Positions 1-7,842 of a stretch of 37,050 nucleotides of DNA are shown here, piece after piece (the stretch's first letter is position 1; each line of letters opens with the position of its first letter). This DNA is from an uncultured Gammaproteobacteria bacterium (GTDB taxonomy: Bacteria > Patescibacteriota > Microgenomatia > UBA10105 > UBA927). Location: contig CAZVTJ010000003.1 of assembly GCA_964630015.1 (NCBI GenBank), positions 1 to 37,050 on the forward strand, given 5' to 3'. Made by a program: the position numbers and the translations under genes. A model generated the notes under the pieces. The model did not search any database, was not told the origin of the DNA, and saw only the letters and a list, made by a program, of their open reading frames with translations.

Positions 1-263
1 ATTCCCCGGATGTCCCGACTGTCATACCCAACCTGCGTTGACCCGTCTGGTCCGGTAAGATAGACAATTCCCGTTGCCGGATCTTCGGTTTTCCAGAGTA
101 TGGCAAGGGATGAATCGGAGATATTTGCCACCAGAACGGACTGAGGTTGGATAGCTTTGGATGCACGGGTTTTGGTGCGGGTTACAAGTTCAAGGCTTAC
201 GCCGATCACTGTGATACAAAGAAGTATTACCAAAATACCGATGGGTACGGGTATGCGTTTCAT
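1..263 (-). CDS. Membrane-anchored protein with Fn3 / purple-acid-phosphatase-N-like beta domain (N-terminal part; gene runs off the left edge)
   Basis: Absent from the ORF track because it has no stop inside the window. My reverse-complement translation from ATG (263-261) stays open to position 1: MKRIPVPIGILVILLCITVIGVSLELVTRTKTRASKAIQPQSVLVANISDSSLAILWKTEDPATGIVYLTGPDGSTQVGYDSRDIRG. It shows a signal-anchor helix followed by a 'V.V.NIS..S..I.W.T....G.V.Y' Fn3-like pattern. It starts 13 nt downstream of the preceding minus-strand gene. Confidence 0.5.
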   Translation of the reverse strand, partial: MKRIPVPIGILVILLCITVIGVSLELVTRTKTRASKAIQPQSVLVANISDSSLAILWKTEDPATGIVYLTGPDGSTQVGYDSRDIRG

Positions 264-276
264 GGATAGTGTGGGA

Positions 277-468
277 TTATTGACGCCGTAATTCCAACAG
301 ATCCAGTGTACCAGTATCAATCGATGGTGTTAAGGGTTTGATGATTTCCTGAGTACGGGTTGTTACCGTTGATGTCTTGGTTGTTTTTGTCAGTTCGAAA
401 GCAATCCAAAGTGCAACGGTAATGAAGGTAAAAATCGATATGAGAAAAATATCCTTATCCGTTTTCAT
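277..468 (-). CDS. Small single-pass membrane protein, unknown function (in the pil-like operon)
   Basis: 63-aa ORF with one hydrophobic helix (IFLISIFTFITVALWIAF) and a Thr-rich tail. Its start lies 2 nt after the pilO-like stop, on the same strand. Confidence 0.45.
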   Translation of the reverse strand: MKTDKDIFLISIFTFITVALWIAFELTKTTKTSTVTTRTQEIIKPLTPSIDTGTLDLLELRRQ

Positions 469-470
469 GG

Positions 471-1136
471 TTATTTATTCTCCCAATAAAATGAATGCAT
501 TCGTGCTGTGACCGTAAGGTATGGTTGGGTTTGGGATATCTGCGTCCCCGGAATGATCTGGTTCTTTGACTCTCCCGGTTCTATGGATAGGGAATCGATG
601 GACCCAAGTCTTCTGAGTTGGGAAAGCCCGTCAAGAAACTGTTTGACGCTTATGTATGTTCCCGATACGGTAAACGATATCCCAAGGGATGTTGGTTTTG
701 ATATGGCGGGTTTCTTGCTTCCCGGCAATACGTCAGGAGCGATGGGTGAAGATGAAACTTGTGTTGCGGAAATCGTTGCACCAGTTTCTTTTGCCAAATC
801 GCGAAGCCGTATGATATATGGGAAAACATTTGGTTCTTTGGGGATTGCTTCATCTAATAGTGGTAATTTTGCCTCAATCGCCTCGTAGGCAGTTTGCGCC
901 TGGATCAGTGCATTGATTTTATCGTCCATTTTTTTATTAACTTCCGTTTTATCCGCAATTTCCCGTTGGAGATACAAAATCGTATTGATGGTAGGCCGGA
1001 TCGCGTACCATCCGAAAAGGGAAATCACCATAAAAAAGAAAATAATCGTTGAATACAACCGTGTTTTCGGTTTTTCCAACATCGGTTCAAGCGATTGATA
1101 ATACCGTCGGTAACGCCGCGCGAAATTGTCTGCCAT
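471..1136 (-). CDS. pilO: Type IV pilus assembly protein PilO-like
   Basis: 221 aa. Basic N-terminus, one TM (LYSTIIFFFMVISLFGWYAI), a coiled coil (LQREIADKTEVNKKMDDKINALIQAQ) and an alpha/beta C-domain, which is the PilO architecture. It begins 1 nt after the pilN-like stop. Confidence 0.55.
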   Translation of the reverse strand: MADNFARRYRRYYQSLEPMLEKPKTRLYSTIIFFFMVISLFGWYAIRPTINTILYLQREIADKTEVNKKMDDKINALIQAQTAYEAIEAKLPLLDEAIPKEPNVFPYIIRLRDLAKETGATISATQVSSSPIAPDVLPGSKKPAISKPTSLGISFTVSGTYISVKQFLDGLSQLRRLGSIDSLSIEPGESKNQIIPGTQISQTQPYLTVTARMHSFYWENK

Positions 1137-1137
1137 A

Positions 1138-1674
1138 TTATCTTGTATATACTCCGGATAATGAATACGTTATACCCGTTTGGTCTTTGGCGATATCGTT
1201 GATCTGTATGGAAGTAAGTTCCCGTGTTGCGGAGAGATTCACAAGAAATTGGTTGAAGCTTTCAACGGACAATGATGTCAAATCAAGTGAAATCCGTGTG
1301 TTTTGGAGATTACAGGTTTGGATAAATGTGCCCATGGGGATAATCCGCTGTAAAGCAGCAAGGGATAGTACTGGAGTGGATTGGGAAGCCATGACTGTTT
1401 TTGTTTCAAGGAGTTGCTGTTGGATTGACCGGATGCGCTGTTCAAGGTCCTGATTGACCTCCAGGATTTCCTGTTTTTGGGATATTTCCTCATTCAAATC
1501 GGTTAGTTTCCGGTCAAGTGCGAATCTGGATATGAATGTCCCCAAAACCACGATTTCGGTCAGCACCATGATGTATCGTCCGAATGTTGCAATCCAATCC
1601 ATGATCCTTCCAAATACCGATGTATCAGGGGCTTGGGATCCAAGAAGATTAATGGAGGATTGTTGGGCAGCCAT
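1138..1674 (-). CDS. pilN: Type IV pilus assembly protein PilN-like
   Basis: 178 aa. N-terminal 'SINLLG' matches the conserved PilN INLLP motif that binds PilM. It is followed by one TM (YIMVLTEIVVLGTFISRF) and a coiled coil. Confidence 0.6.
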   Translation of the reverse strand: MAAQQSSINLLGSQAPDTSVFGRIMDWIATFGRYIMVLTEIVVLGTFISRFALDRKLTDLNEEISQKQEILEVNQDLEQRIRSIQQQLLETKTVMASQSTPVLSLAALQRIIPMGTFIQTCNLQNTRISLDLTSLSVESFNQFLVNLSATRELTSIQINDIAKDQTGITYSLSGVYTR

Positions 1675-1730
1675 AGGAATACTACCAGTATAAAACCATC
1701 ATGGCACAGGACACAAGAAGTCGGTGGAGT

Positions 1731-1970
1731 TTACTTGGATGCTAGCAATTTCGAAAGACGTGATTTTAACCGCGCGGCCGTATTCTTATGGATAATTTTG
1801 AATTTTACAGCCTTATCGATAACGGATACGGTTTGGGTAAGCGTCTTTGCCGATGGATTAGTCCGATATGACTTTACTGCAGTGCGGAGTGTTTTGCGCT
1901 GTGCTGCGGTCCGTTTCGTGACCATCCGGTCGTGCTTTAATTTTTTCTTTGCTCGTTTGATAATTGGCAT
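1731..1970 (-). CDS. rpsT: 30S ribosomal protein S20
   Basis: 79 aa, very basic. MPIIKRAKKKLKHDR...KAVKFKIIHKNTAARLKSRLSKL is the typical S20 sequence. Confidence 0.9.
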   Translation of the reverse strand: MPIIKRAKKKLKHDRMVTKRTAAQRKTLRTAVKSYRTNPSAKTLTQTVSVIDKAVKFKIIHKNTAARLKSRLSKLLASK

Positions 1971-2027
1971 AGTAGTTGATAAGTATACGTGATTGTCCCT
2001 AGCCGGTCAAGAACGGACTGGGATATA

Positions 2028-3692
2028 ATGACCCTCGTGAGCTCTTTATCGACACTTTTGACGAAGCAGCAAAAAACCGTCAGATCGGCGGCATATACCC
2101 TAATGTTTATGGTGCTCGCCAGCCGTATTTTGGGGCTTCTGCGGGATAGGTTGCTTGCATCACGCTTTGATCCGGATACGCTTGGTATTTATTTTGCCGC
2201 ATTCCGGATTCCGAATTTTCTGTTTGAAATATTGGTAACAGGTGCGCTGACATCGGCATTTATTCCCGTGTTTACCAGATTGTTACATGCAGATAGGGAA
2301 CGCGATGCATGGAAGATGTCTTCCGCTCTTATTACCATCTGTTCCATAGTCCTTCTTGGAATTGCCATTCCCATGATTATCTGGACGGAGCAGATTTCCA
2401 GAATGCTTGCTCCTGGGTTTTCCGATGCACAAATTTTGGAGATGAGTCAATTTACGAAGTTTATTGTTGTTGCCCAGGTCCTTCCGCTTCTCATCGGGAA
2501 TTTTTTTACCGGTATCCTGCAGTCATATAATATTTTTCTTATTCCTGCCATTGCTCCAGTTGTCTATAACGTCGGTATTATTGCGGGTATCATTTTCGGA
2601 ACGACACGGTTTGGATTATGGGCGCCGGTATATGGAGTGGGGCTTGGTGCACTATTTTTCATGCTGATCCAAATTCCGTCGCTTCTGCGGTTTGGATTCC
2701 GTTATGATCCGTTTGCATCGTTTAGAAGCGAAGGAGTCAAAGATGTTTTTGCGTTGATGGCTCCTCGTACTGTGGGTCTTGCCGTTTCCCAAATCGATAC
2801 GACGGTAGATCTTATTTTGTCTTCCATGCTTGGGGCGCGCATGGTAACGGTTTTTAACTTTGCCCAACATTTGCAGCAATTACCCATCGGACTCTTCGGG
2901 GCAACGGTTGCGCAAGCGGCATTTCCGCTTTTATCTGCAAGTGCTGCAAAAAAAGATACGGAAGGATTTATGAAAACCATGTATTCGGCAATGAACCAAA
3001 TCTGTTTCTACATTATTCCGATTTCCGTTCTGTTTCTTGTACTTCGCATTCCGATTGTCCGTCTGGTATTCGGTGCTGCCCAATATGACTGGGATGCAAC
3101 GGTACTTACCGGCTCGACACTTTCGTTTTTTTCCATTTCCCTTGCGGCACAATCTGCCATACAGGTTCTGACGCGCGCATTCTATGCGCACTATGATACG
3201 AAAACTCCAGTTATGGTAAGTGTTGCCTCCATCACACTCAACACGGTTTTATCCATCGTGTTTATCCGTTTTTTCCGGTTTCCCGTATGGTCGCTTGGAC
3301 TGTCGACAAGCATTGCAAGCATTCTTCATGGATTCGCCCTTACAATTTTATTGAAACGGAGCCATCCGGAATTTTCCTTCCGTCAATTTCTTGAAGGTCC
3401 GATAAAAATGCTTGTTGCATCGGTGCTTATGGGAATTGCACTCTGGATTCCGGTGAAACTGTTTGATCAGTTGGTATTCGATACGACACGGACAGTCGGA
3501 CTTCTTCTGCTTACCGGTGTGAGCTCACTGATCGGACTGTGCGTCTATATGTATTTCGTATGGTTATTGAATGTGTCGGAAGCGCAGACATTTCTTCTGT
3601 ATATCCAAAAATTCCGGCATCCACGGTCATTATTCATGGAACCGGCTTCGGAAGTTGTCGCAAACGGCAATCAGGATGCACCGATTGCATAA
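2028..3692 (+). CDS. murJ: Lipid II flippase MurJ/MviN
   Basis: Polytopic membrane protein with the MurJ N-terminal signature LASRILGLLRDRLLASRF...YFAAFRIPNFLFEIL..GALTSAFIPVF. The ORF track starts at GTG 1989. I prefer ATG 2028 (MTLVSS...), but the start is uncertain. Confidence 0.85.
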   Translation: MTLVSSLSTLLTKQQKTVRSAAYTLMFMVLASRILGLLRDRLLASRFDPDTLGIYFAAFRIPNFLFEILVTGALTSAFIPVFTRLLHADRERDAWKMSSALITICSIVLLGIAIPMIIWTEQISRMLAPGFSDAQILEMSQFTKFIVVAQVLPLLIGNFFTGILQSYNIFLIPAIAPVVYNVGIIAGIIFGTTRFGLWAPVYGVGLGALFFMLIQIPSLLRFGFRYDPFASFRSEGVKDVFALMAPRTVGLAVSQIDTTVDLILSSMLGARMVTVFNFAQHLQQLPIGLFGATVAQAAFPLLSASAAKKDTEGFMKTMYSAMNQICFYIIPISVLFLVLRIPIVRLVFGAAQYDWDATVLTGSTLSFFSISLAAQSAIQVLTRAFYAHYDTKTPVMVSVASITLNTVLSIVFIRFFRFPVWSLGLSTSIASILHGFALTILLKRSHPEFSFRQFLEGPIKMLVASVLMGIALWIPVKLFDQLVFDTTRTVGLLLLTGVSSLIGLCVYMYFVWLLNVSEAQTFLLYIQKFRHPRSLFMEPASEVVANGNQDAPIA

Positions 3693-3701
3693 TGTCCGAT
3701 A

Positions 3702-5027
3702 TTAATTATAGATAAGGACGGGAGTACCGATTTGGGCAAAATCGTACACCTGTTTTGCAGCTCCTACGTCCAAAGCTACACATCCGCCCGTATGCGGGGA
3801 ACCGATAAAATCGCTTGGACGCTGGTGTTTTTTTCCGTCTGCGGAAAGCCAGTAGGGGAGTTCGTGAATGCCAAGGGATGCCCCGATACCGGGATGCAGG
3901 TAAAATCCCATCCACCAGGGCATATAGACGTTATAGATTTTCGAAAAAGCGTTTGGTGCCTTATTCATGATTTCATACCGTCCGGGAGGTGTGGGGAAAT
4001 CAAGACCGGAAGATATGGGGTAGGATTTGGTAAGTGTTCCTTTGGAAAAGAGATACATTTTCTGTTGCGAAAGGTCTATTTCGATGTATTTTTGTGCAAT
4101 CGAACCATCAGTATTGGGACTGTCGTAGACCGTAAGAGTTATGGTATTTTCATCATTTCCCTCAAAACGTTTTTTCAGAAGCATGTACAAACTTCGGGTA
4201 AACGAGAGGCTTGTGTTTTGTTGTATAGAAGATGAACTGTTGCGGGAAAGGATCGATTCGACGAGGTCGGGAACTGCCGAATAGGAGATGGTCTGGAAGG
4301 TGCTGTCGGGTACAATGGAAACAATACGGCGAAGCTCATCCGGGGATATGGAAAATGTCGTATCGGGTTTTTGCGGGTGTTTTACCGTAACGGTTACGGG
4401 AAGTGAAAATACGAAGGCAAGTTTTTCATTGATGGTTTCAATTGAAATGATCTCCGGCCGTTTTTCCTCCTGAAGCACGACCGGTATTGTCGTAATGGTA
4501 TTCCCGAAATTTTTTGCGATGTCTCCAAGCAGTGTCGCTTCGTCGATTTTTTGCCGGTATTCGGGAATCTGCGGAATCAGTTTTTTGTTTGTATTGTCAA
4601 TCCGTACGATGGATTGTTGGTTTGGTTTATTGGCAACAAGCGTTGCCAGTACAGCCGGAAATGAATCCGAGAGGGTAAATACCGGTGATACATGCCGGCT
4701 AAACAAAAGCGTTGTATAGAAGGAGAGTATTTTCGGAAAGAACGGGAGCGTATTGGGGGCAAAAACTTCTTGGTGCGTCCGCGCAGTATCAATGGTGATT
4801 CCAAGCTCCTTGGGTGTTTTGGAGATAACTGTATTGTTGATTTGTAGGGACACCGGAGTAGTAAGGTACGTTTGGATTGTTGTTTCCAACTGTTTTGCAT
4901 CCAATCCTCCGACAGGGGTTGACCCAAGATAAGTATTGGGAAGTGCTTTATTTAGGAGCTGTTGGGAAGCAATGACACACAGTCCATATACCACACAGAT
5001 ACCGATAATACTGCCAAAGCGTTTCAT
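3702..5027 (-). CDS. L,D-transpeptidase (YkuD-fold C-domain) with N-terminal membrane anchor and repeat/PG-binding-like region
   Basis: The C-terminus (IHELPYW...GSPHTGGCVALDVGAAKQVYDF) resembles the YkuD His...(S/T)xGC catalytic motif. There is an N-terminal TM (IIGICVVYGLCVIA). Confidence 0.7.
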   Translation of the reverse strand: MKRFGSIIGICVVYGLCVIASQQLLNKALPNTYLGSTPVGGLDAKQLETTIQTYLTTPVSLQINNTVISKTPKELGITIDTARTHQEVFAPNTLPFFPKILSFYTTLLFSRHVSPVFTLSDSFPAVLATLVANKPNQQSIVRIDNTNKKLIPQIPEYRQKIDEATLLGDIAKNFGNTITTIPVVLQEEKRPEIISIETINEKLAFVFSLPVTVTVKHPQKPDTTFSISPDELRRIVSIVPDSTFQTISYSAVPDLVESILSRNSSSSIQQNTSLSFTRSLYMLLKKRFEGNDENTITLTVYDSPNTDGSIAQKYIEIDLSQQKMYLFSKGTLTKSYPISSGLDFPTPPGRYEIMNKAPNAFSKIYNVYMPWWMGFYLHPGIGASLGIHELPYWLSADGKKHQRPSDFIGSPHTGGCVALDVGAAKQVYDFAQIGTPVLIYN

Positions 5028-6475
5028 TGGGTTTTCGTAAGTTCGATAATGGCAATACCGTTGGTTGCCAACCGGAGGGTCCGCTTGAGCGGCTCGGCAT
5101 TTGTTACGGTTATTGTTGAAGGTGCTTCGGAACCGAGTCCGTATCGGCGGATTGTGACGGTATATGTTCCGGGAGAAAGGTTATTGAGTGTAACCGGTAC
5201 GAATTCTTCGCGCTTTCCGTTATACGGATCGAAATTCACCAAAAGGATTTTTATTGTTTGACCGTTTTTTGTTGCGAATCCTCCGACCCATGTTCCTTCA
5301 CCTGAAAGCGGCAGACGGTTTCCTTTCATCTGATCCATGAATGCATATATACCGTATCGGGGCTTTTTTCCTTTTCCGGCGGATTCGTGCCGCAGGAGCC
5401 CCCATCCGCTTCCGTCCGTTTGGTTTGGGCCGTCTTTGATCTGGAAAGAAAACAGGTAGGTAGGACCTGCCGTCATGAGGTTGGAAATTGTTGCCGCCGT
5501 ATGGGCTGCAGCATAGGACGTGCCATACCGGACATCTTTTGCTCCGGTGAATCCGAATTCGGAAATTATGAGGGGTTTGCCAAAATGGTTTCCGTACGGA
5601 AGGAGCCAGGAAACGATATTTTTCTGGTCATTTGAGAAGCGGTCGGGTTCGGGAAGATAGGAGTGCCAGGAGAAAAAATCAACCCGCATCCCCGATGAGG
5701 CCAGTGCAATGATCCAGTTTTTATACAGTCCCGTCGTAACCGGCCCACCGAAGAAAAATTTGTTGCAGTTTTGTGCCGAATTAGCGCCTTGGGCAGCAAA
5801 ACGGTACAGTGTCAGATAGTTTTTGTCTCCGGAAAGTTTCCATGACCCGAATTGTGCAAGGTCGGGTTCATTCCACACCTCATAATAGATACCGGAAATA
5901 TTTTTTTCGGATTTTCCGCTGTAGTGTTCGATTGTCTGGCGTACGACTGCAGCCCAATCATTCCAGTCCCGGGGCGGGGCAATAAGACTGCCATCCTGGG
6001 AAATGGAAGGAGGCATATAGGAAAGGGCAAGAACCGGTTTGGCGCCAGTTGCCAAAATAGTGGAGACCGCCGCGTCAAGCCTGGAAAAATCGTAGGATAA
6101 TCCGGATCCGGAGCCCGATACCACATGGTAGCTGTCATAGATATGATCCAGCCGGATCAGTTTTGGGGACAATGCTTTGGTTTCGGCAAGAACCGGGGCA
6201 AGCATATCGGTCTGTTCTTCTCCGCCCTGGGCAAATGCATGGTAAAAGTCGGTTGATATCGGGGACAGTTCCTTGCCCGCATCAACAACAATATGTGCCG
6301 GAAATCCGACAGCCCGGGTAACGATCTGGTACGTTCGCATGGCACCGATGACTAACAGGGGAAGCATCACAAAAAGGGCAATTGTGACAAAGACGTTTTT
6401 CGTTTGCGGAGTAATCGGTCTGTCCAGACGAAATGACATATATCCATTATTGGACACGATGGGCCTGTTTGGCAA
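5024..6475 (-). CDS. Clan GH-A (TIM-barrel) glycoside hydrolase, GH39/GH5-like, membrane anchored
   Basis: 'YYEVWNEPDL' is an acid/base NEP motif and 'PLIISEFGF' a nucleophile Glu motif. There is an N-terminal TM (VFVTIALFVMLPLLVIGA) and a beta-sandwich-like C-terminus. It overlaps the downstream L,D-transpeptidase by 4 nt. Confidence 0.65.
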   Translation of the reverse strand: MPNRPIVSNNGYMSFRLDRPITPQTKNVFVTIALFVMLPLLVIGAMRTYQIVTRAVGFPAHIVVDAGKELSPISTDFYHAFAQGGEEQTDMLAPVLAETKALSPKLIRLDHIYDSYHVVSGSGSGLSYDFSRLDAAVSTILATGAKPVLALSYMPPSISQDGSLIAPPRDWNDWAAVVRQTIEHYSGKSEKNISGIYYEVWNEPDLAQFGSWKLSGDKNYLTLYRFAAQGANSAQNCNKFFFGGPVTTGLYKNWIIALASSGMRVDFFSWHSYLPEPDRFSNDQKNIVSWLLPYGNHFGKPLIISEFGFTGAKDVRYGTSYAAAHTAATISNLMTAGPTYLFSFQIKDGPNQTDGSGWGLLRHESAGKGKKPRYGIYAFMDQMKGNRLPLSGEGTWVGGFATKNGQTIKILLVNFDPYNGKREEFVPVTLNNLSPGTYTVTIRRYGLGSEAPSTITVTNAEPLKRTLRLATNGIAIIELTKTQ

Positions 6476-6509
6476 TTACGGGGATAAAACCCGGCTGAAA
6501 TCCCGGGTC

Positions 6510-6538
6510 TTGACATGATTTAGCACTCGTTATATATT
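6510..6538 (+). promoter_or_regulatory. Sigma-70-type promoter of the hrcA-grpE-dnaK-dnaJ operon
   Basis: TTGACA (6510-6515), a 17-nt spacer, then TATATT (6533-6538). hrcA has an SD (AAAGGAA) and ATG at 6580. Confidence 0.75.
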
Positions 6539-6546
6539 AGTGCTAA
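6520..6546 (+). promoter_or_regulatory. CIRCE operator (HrcA binding site)
   Basis: TTAGCACTC-N9-TAGTGCTAA versus the consensus TTAGCACTC-N9-GAGTGCTAA, one mismatch. It overlaps the spacer and -10 of the promoter. Confidence 0.9.
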
Positions 6547-6579
6547 TCTTTACGAACGAATATTTTTATAAAGGAACCT

Positions 6580-7314
6580 ATGGTATCAGCAAACGATTTA
6601 ACACCGCGGCAGGTTTCGATTCTGAAAGCCGTGATAGAAGAATACATCAATTCCGCCGAACCGGTGGGATCGGAAACGCTCGATAAAAAATATACGCTCG
6701 GCGTTTCACCGGCTACGATCCGCAATGAAATGGTACGGCTGACCGATATGAAATTCTTAAAACAGCCCCATACTTCCGCAGGGCGTGTGCCGACTCCGGA
6801 GGCACTGCGGTTTTATGTTGATCATCTGATGAAAACAAAAGATCTTTCCGTGACGGAAGAGATGGCTGTGAAGGAAAAAATCTGGGATTACCGTCAGGAG
6901 ATGGATAAGTTGCTGCGTGAGGCTACGAAAACGCTTGCGGACAAGACAAAAACGCTTGCGGTAACAACAACGCAGGATGGGGATATCTATTATGCAGGTG
7001 CGGCAAACGTACTTGCGATGCCCGAGTTTTTTGACTACGAACTGACCAATTCCCTGTTTTCTGCGTTGGAACGGTTTGATTTCTGGACGGAGGTTTTAAC
7101 CCGGGCAACTGATCCCATTGATGTGTTGCTTGGCGATGAGTTTGCCAGTCGGGGAGAATTGGCACAGTGCAGTTTTGTGTATCACAAGTTTGAAACACCA
7201 CACATAAAAGGCGCAATCGGTGTTGTGGGCCCGTCCAGGCTCAATTATCCGATTGTGGTGCCGGCAGTCCGGTATATGGGGGATTTGATTGCGGAGCTTG
7301 GCAGTAATTGGTAA
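6580..7314 (+). CDS. hrcA: Heat-inducible transcription repressor HrcA (compact, 244 aa)
   Basis: N-terminal wHTH (LTPRQVSILKAVIEEYINSAEPVGSETL...GVSPATIRNEM..L......QPHTSAGRVPT) and the C-terminal signature GAIGVVGPSRLNYP. Confidence 0.9.
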   Translation: MVSANDLTPRQVSILKAVIEEYINSAEPVGSETLDKKYTLGVSPATIRNEMVRLTDMKFLKQPHTSAGRVPTPEALRFYVDHLMKTKDLSVTEEMAVKEKIWDYRQEMDKLLREATKTLADKTKTLAVTTTQDGDIYYAGAANVLAMPEFFDYELTNSLFSALERFDFWTEVLTRATDPIDVLLGDEFASRGELAQCSFVYHKFETPHIKGAIGVVGPSRLNYPIVVPAVRYMGDLIAELGSNW

Positions 7315-7328
7315 AGAGAGGAAACGAT

Positions 7329-7826
7329 ATGAAAACGACTAAACCGATCCAAACGGACCAGATGCCGACTCAATCATCCCCACAGTCTACACAAACGGAT
7401 GAGGTAGTGATGTGGAAGGAAAAATATCTCCGGGCACTTGCAGATTACCAAAATCTTCTGCGGCGAACCAGGGAAGAGCGGGAAGAGAACGAGCGGTATG
7501 CGGCTGTCAAAACAGTATCGCAGCTCATCGGGGTGTTTGATGTATTTGAAAAAGCACAGGAGCATATAGCCGATCCCGGTCTTAAACTTGCCTTAACGCA
7601 GCTCTTTACAACACTAGCAGGACTTGGTGTTGAGCGGATCGATCCGACGGGCAAACCGTTTGATCCTGAACTCATGGAATGTGTTGAGGCACAAAATGGT
7701 GCACAACTCGTTTCCGATACCATCATTCCAGGCTACAGGATGAACGGACGGCTGATCCGTCCCGCAAAAGTCCGGGTTATGGTTCAGACAAAAAATAACA
7801 GTAACGATCAAAAAGAAAATACATAA
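7329..7826 (+). CDS. grpE: Nucleotide exchange factor GrpE
   Basis: [21 protein letters not shown]... and the C-terminal beta domain ([19 protein letters not shown]). ATG 7329 is preceded by GAGAGGAAA. The ORF-track start 7308 overlaps the hrcA end. Confidence 0.9.
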   Translation: MKTTKPIQTDQMPTQSSPQSTQTDEVVMWKEKYLRALADYQNLLRRTREEREENERYAAVKTVSQLIGVFDVFEKAQEHIADPGLKLALTQLFTTLAGLGVERIDPTGKPFDPELMECVEAQNGAQLVSDTIIPGYRMNGRLIRPAKVRVMVQTKNNSNDQKENT

Positions 7827-7842
7827 TACGAAAGGAGTATAT

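Noticed and set aside
1989-2027. ORF-track upstream starts: GTG 1989 (murJ), 7308 (grpE), TTG 14558 (rpsO), GTG 15043 (pnp), GTG 22787 (ftsK), 24960 (rodZ-like), 25881 (YtxH-like).
   Set aside because: In each case an internal ATG gives the conserved N-terminus of the family, avoids a long overlap with the upstream gene, or both. grpE and the YtxH-like gene have a clear SD at their internal ATG, whereas murJ and ftsK do not. The longest-ORF starts are most likely artefacts. murJ and ftsK remain the least certain.
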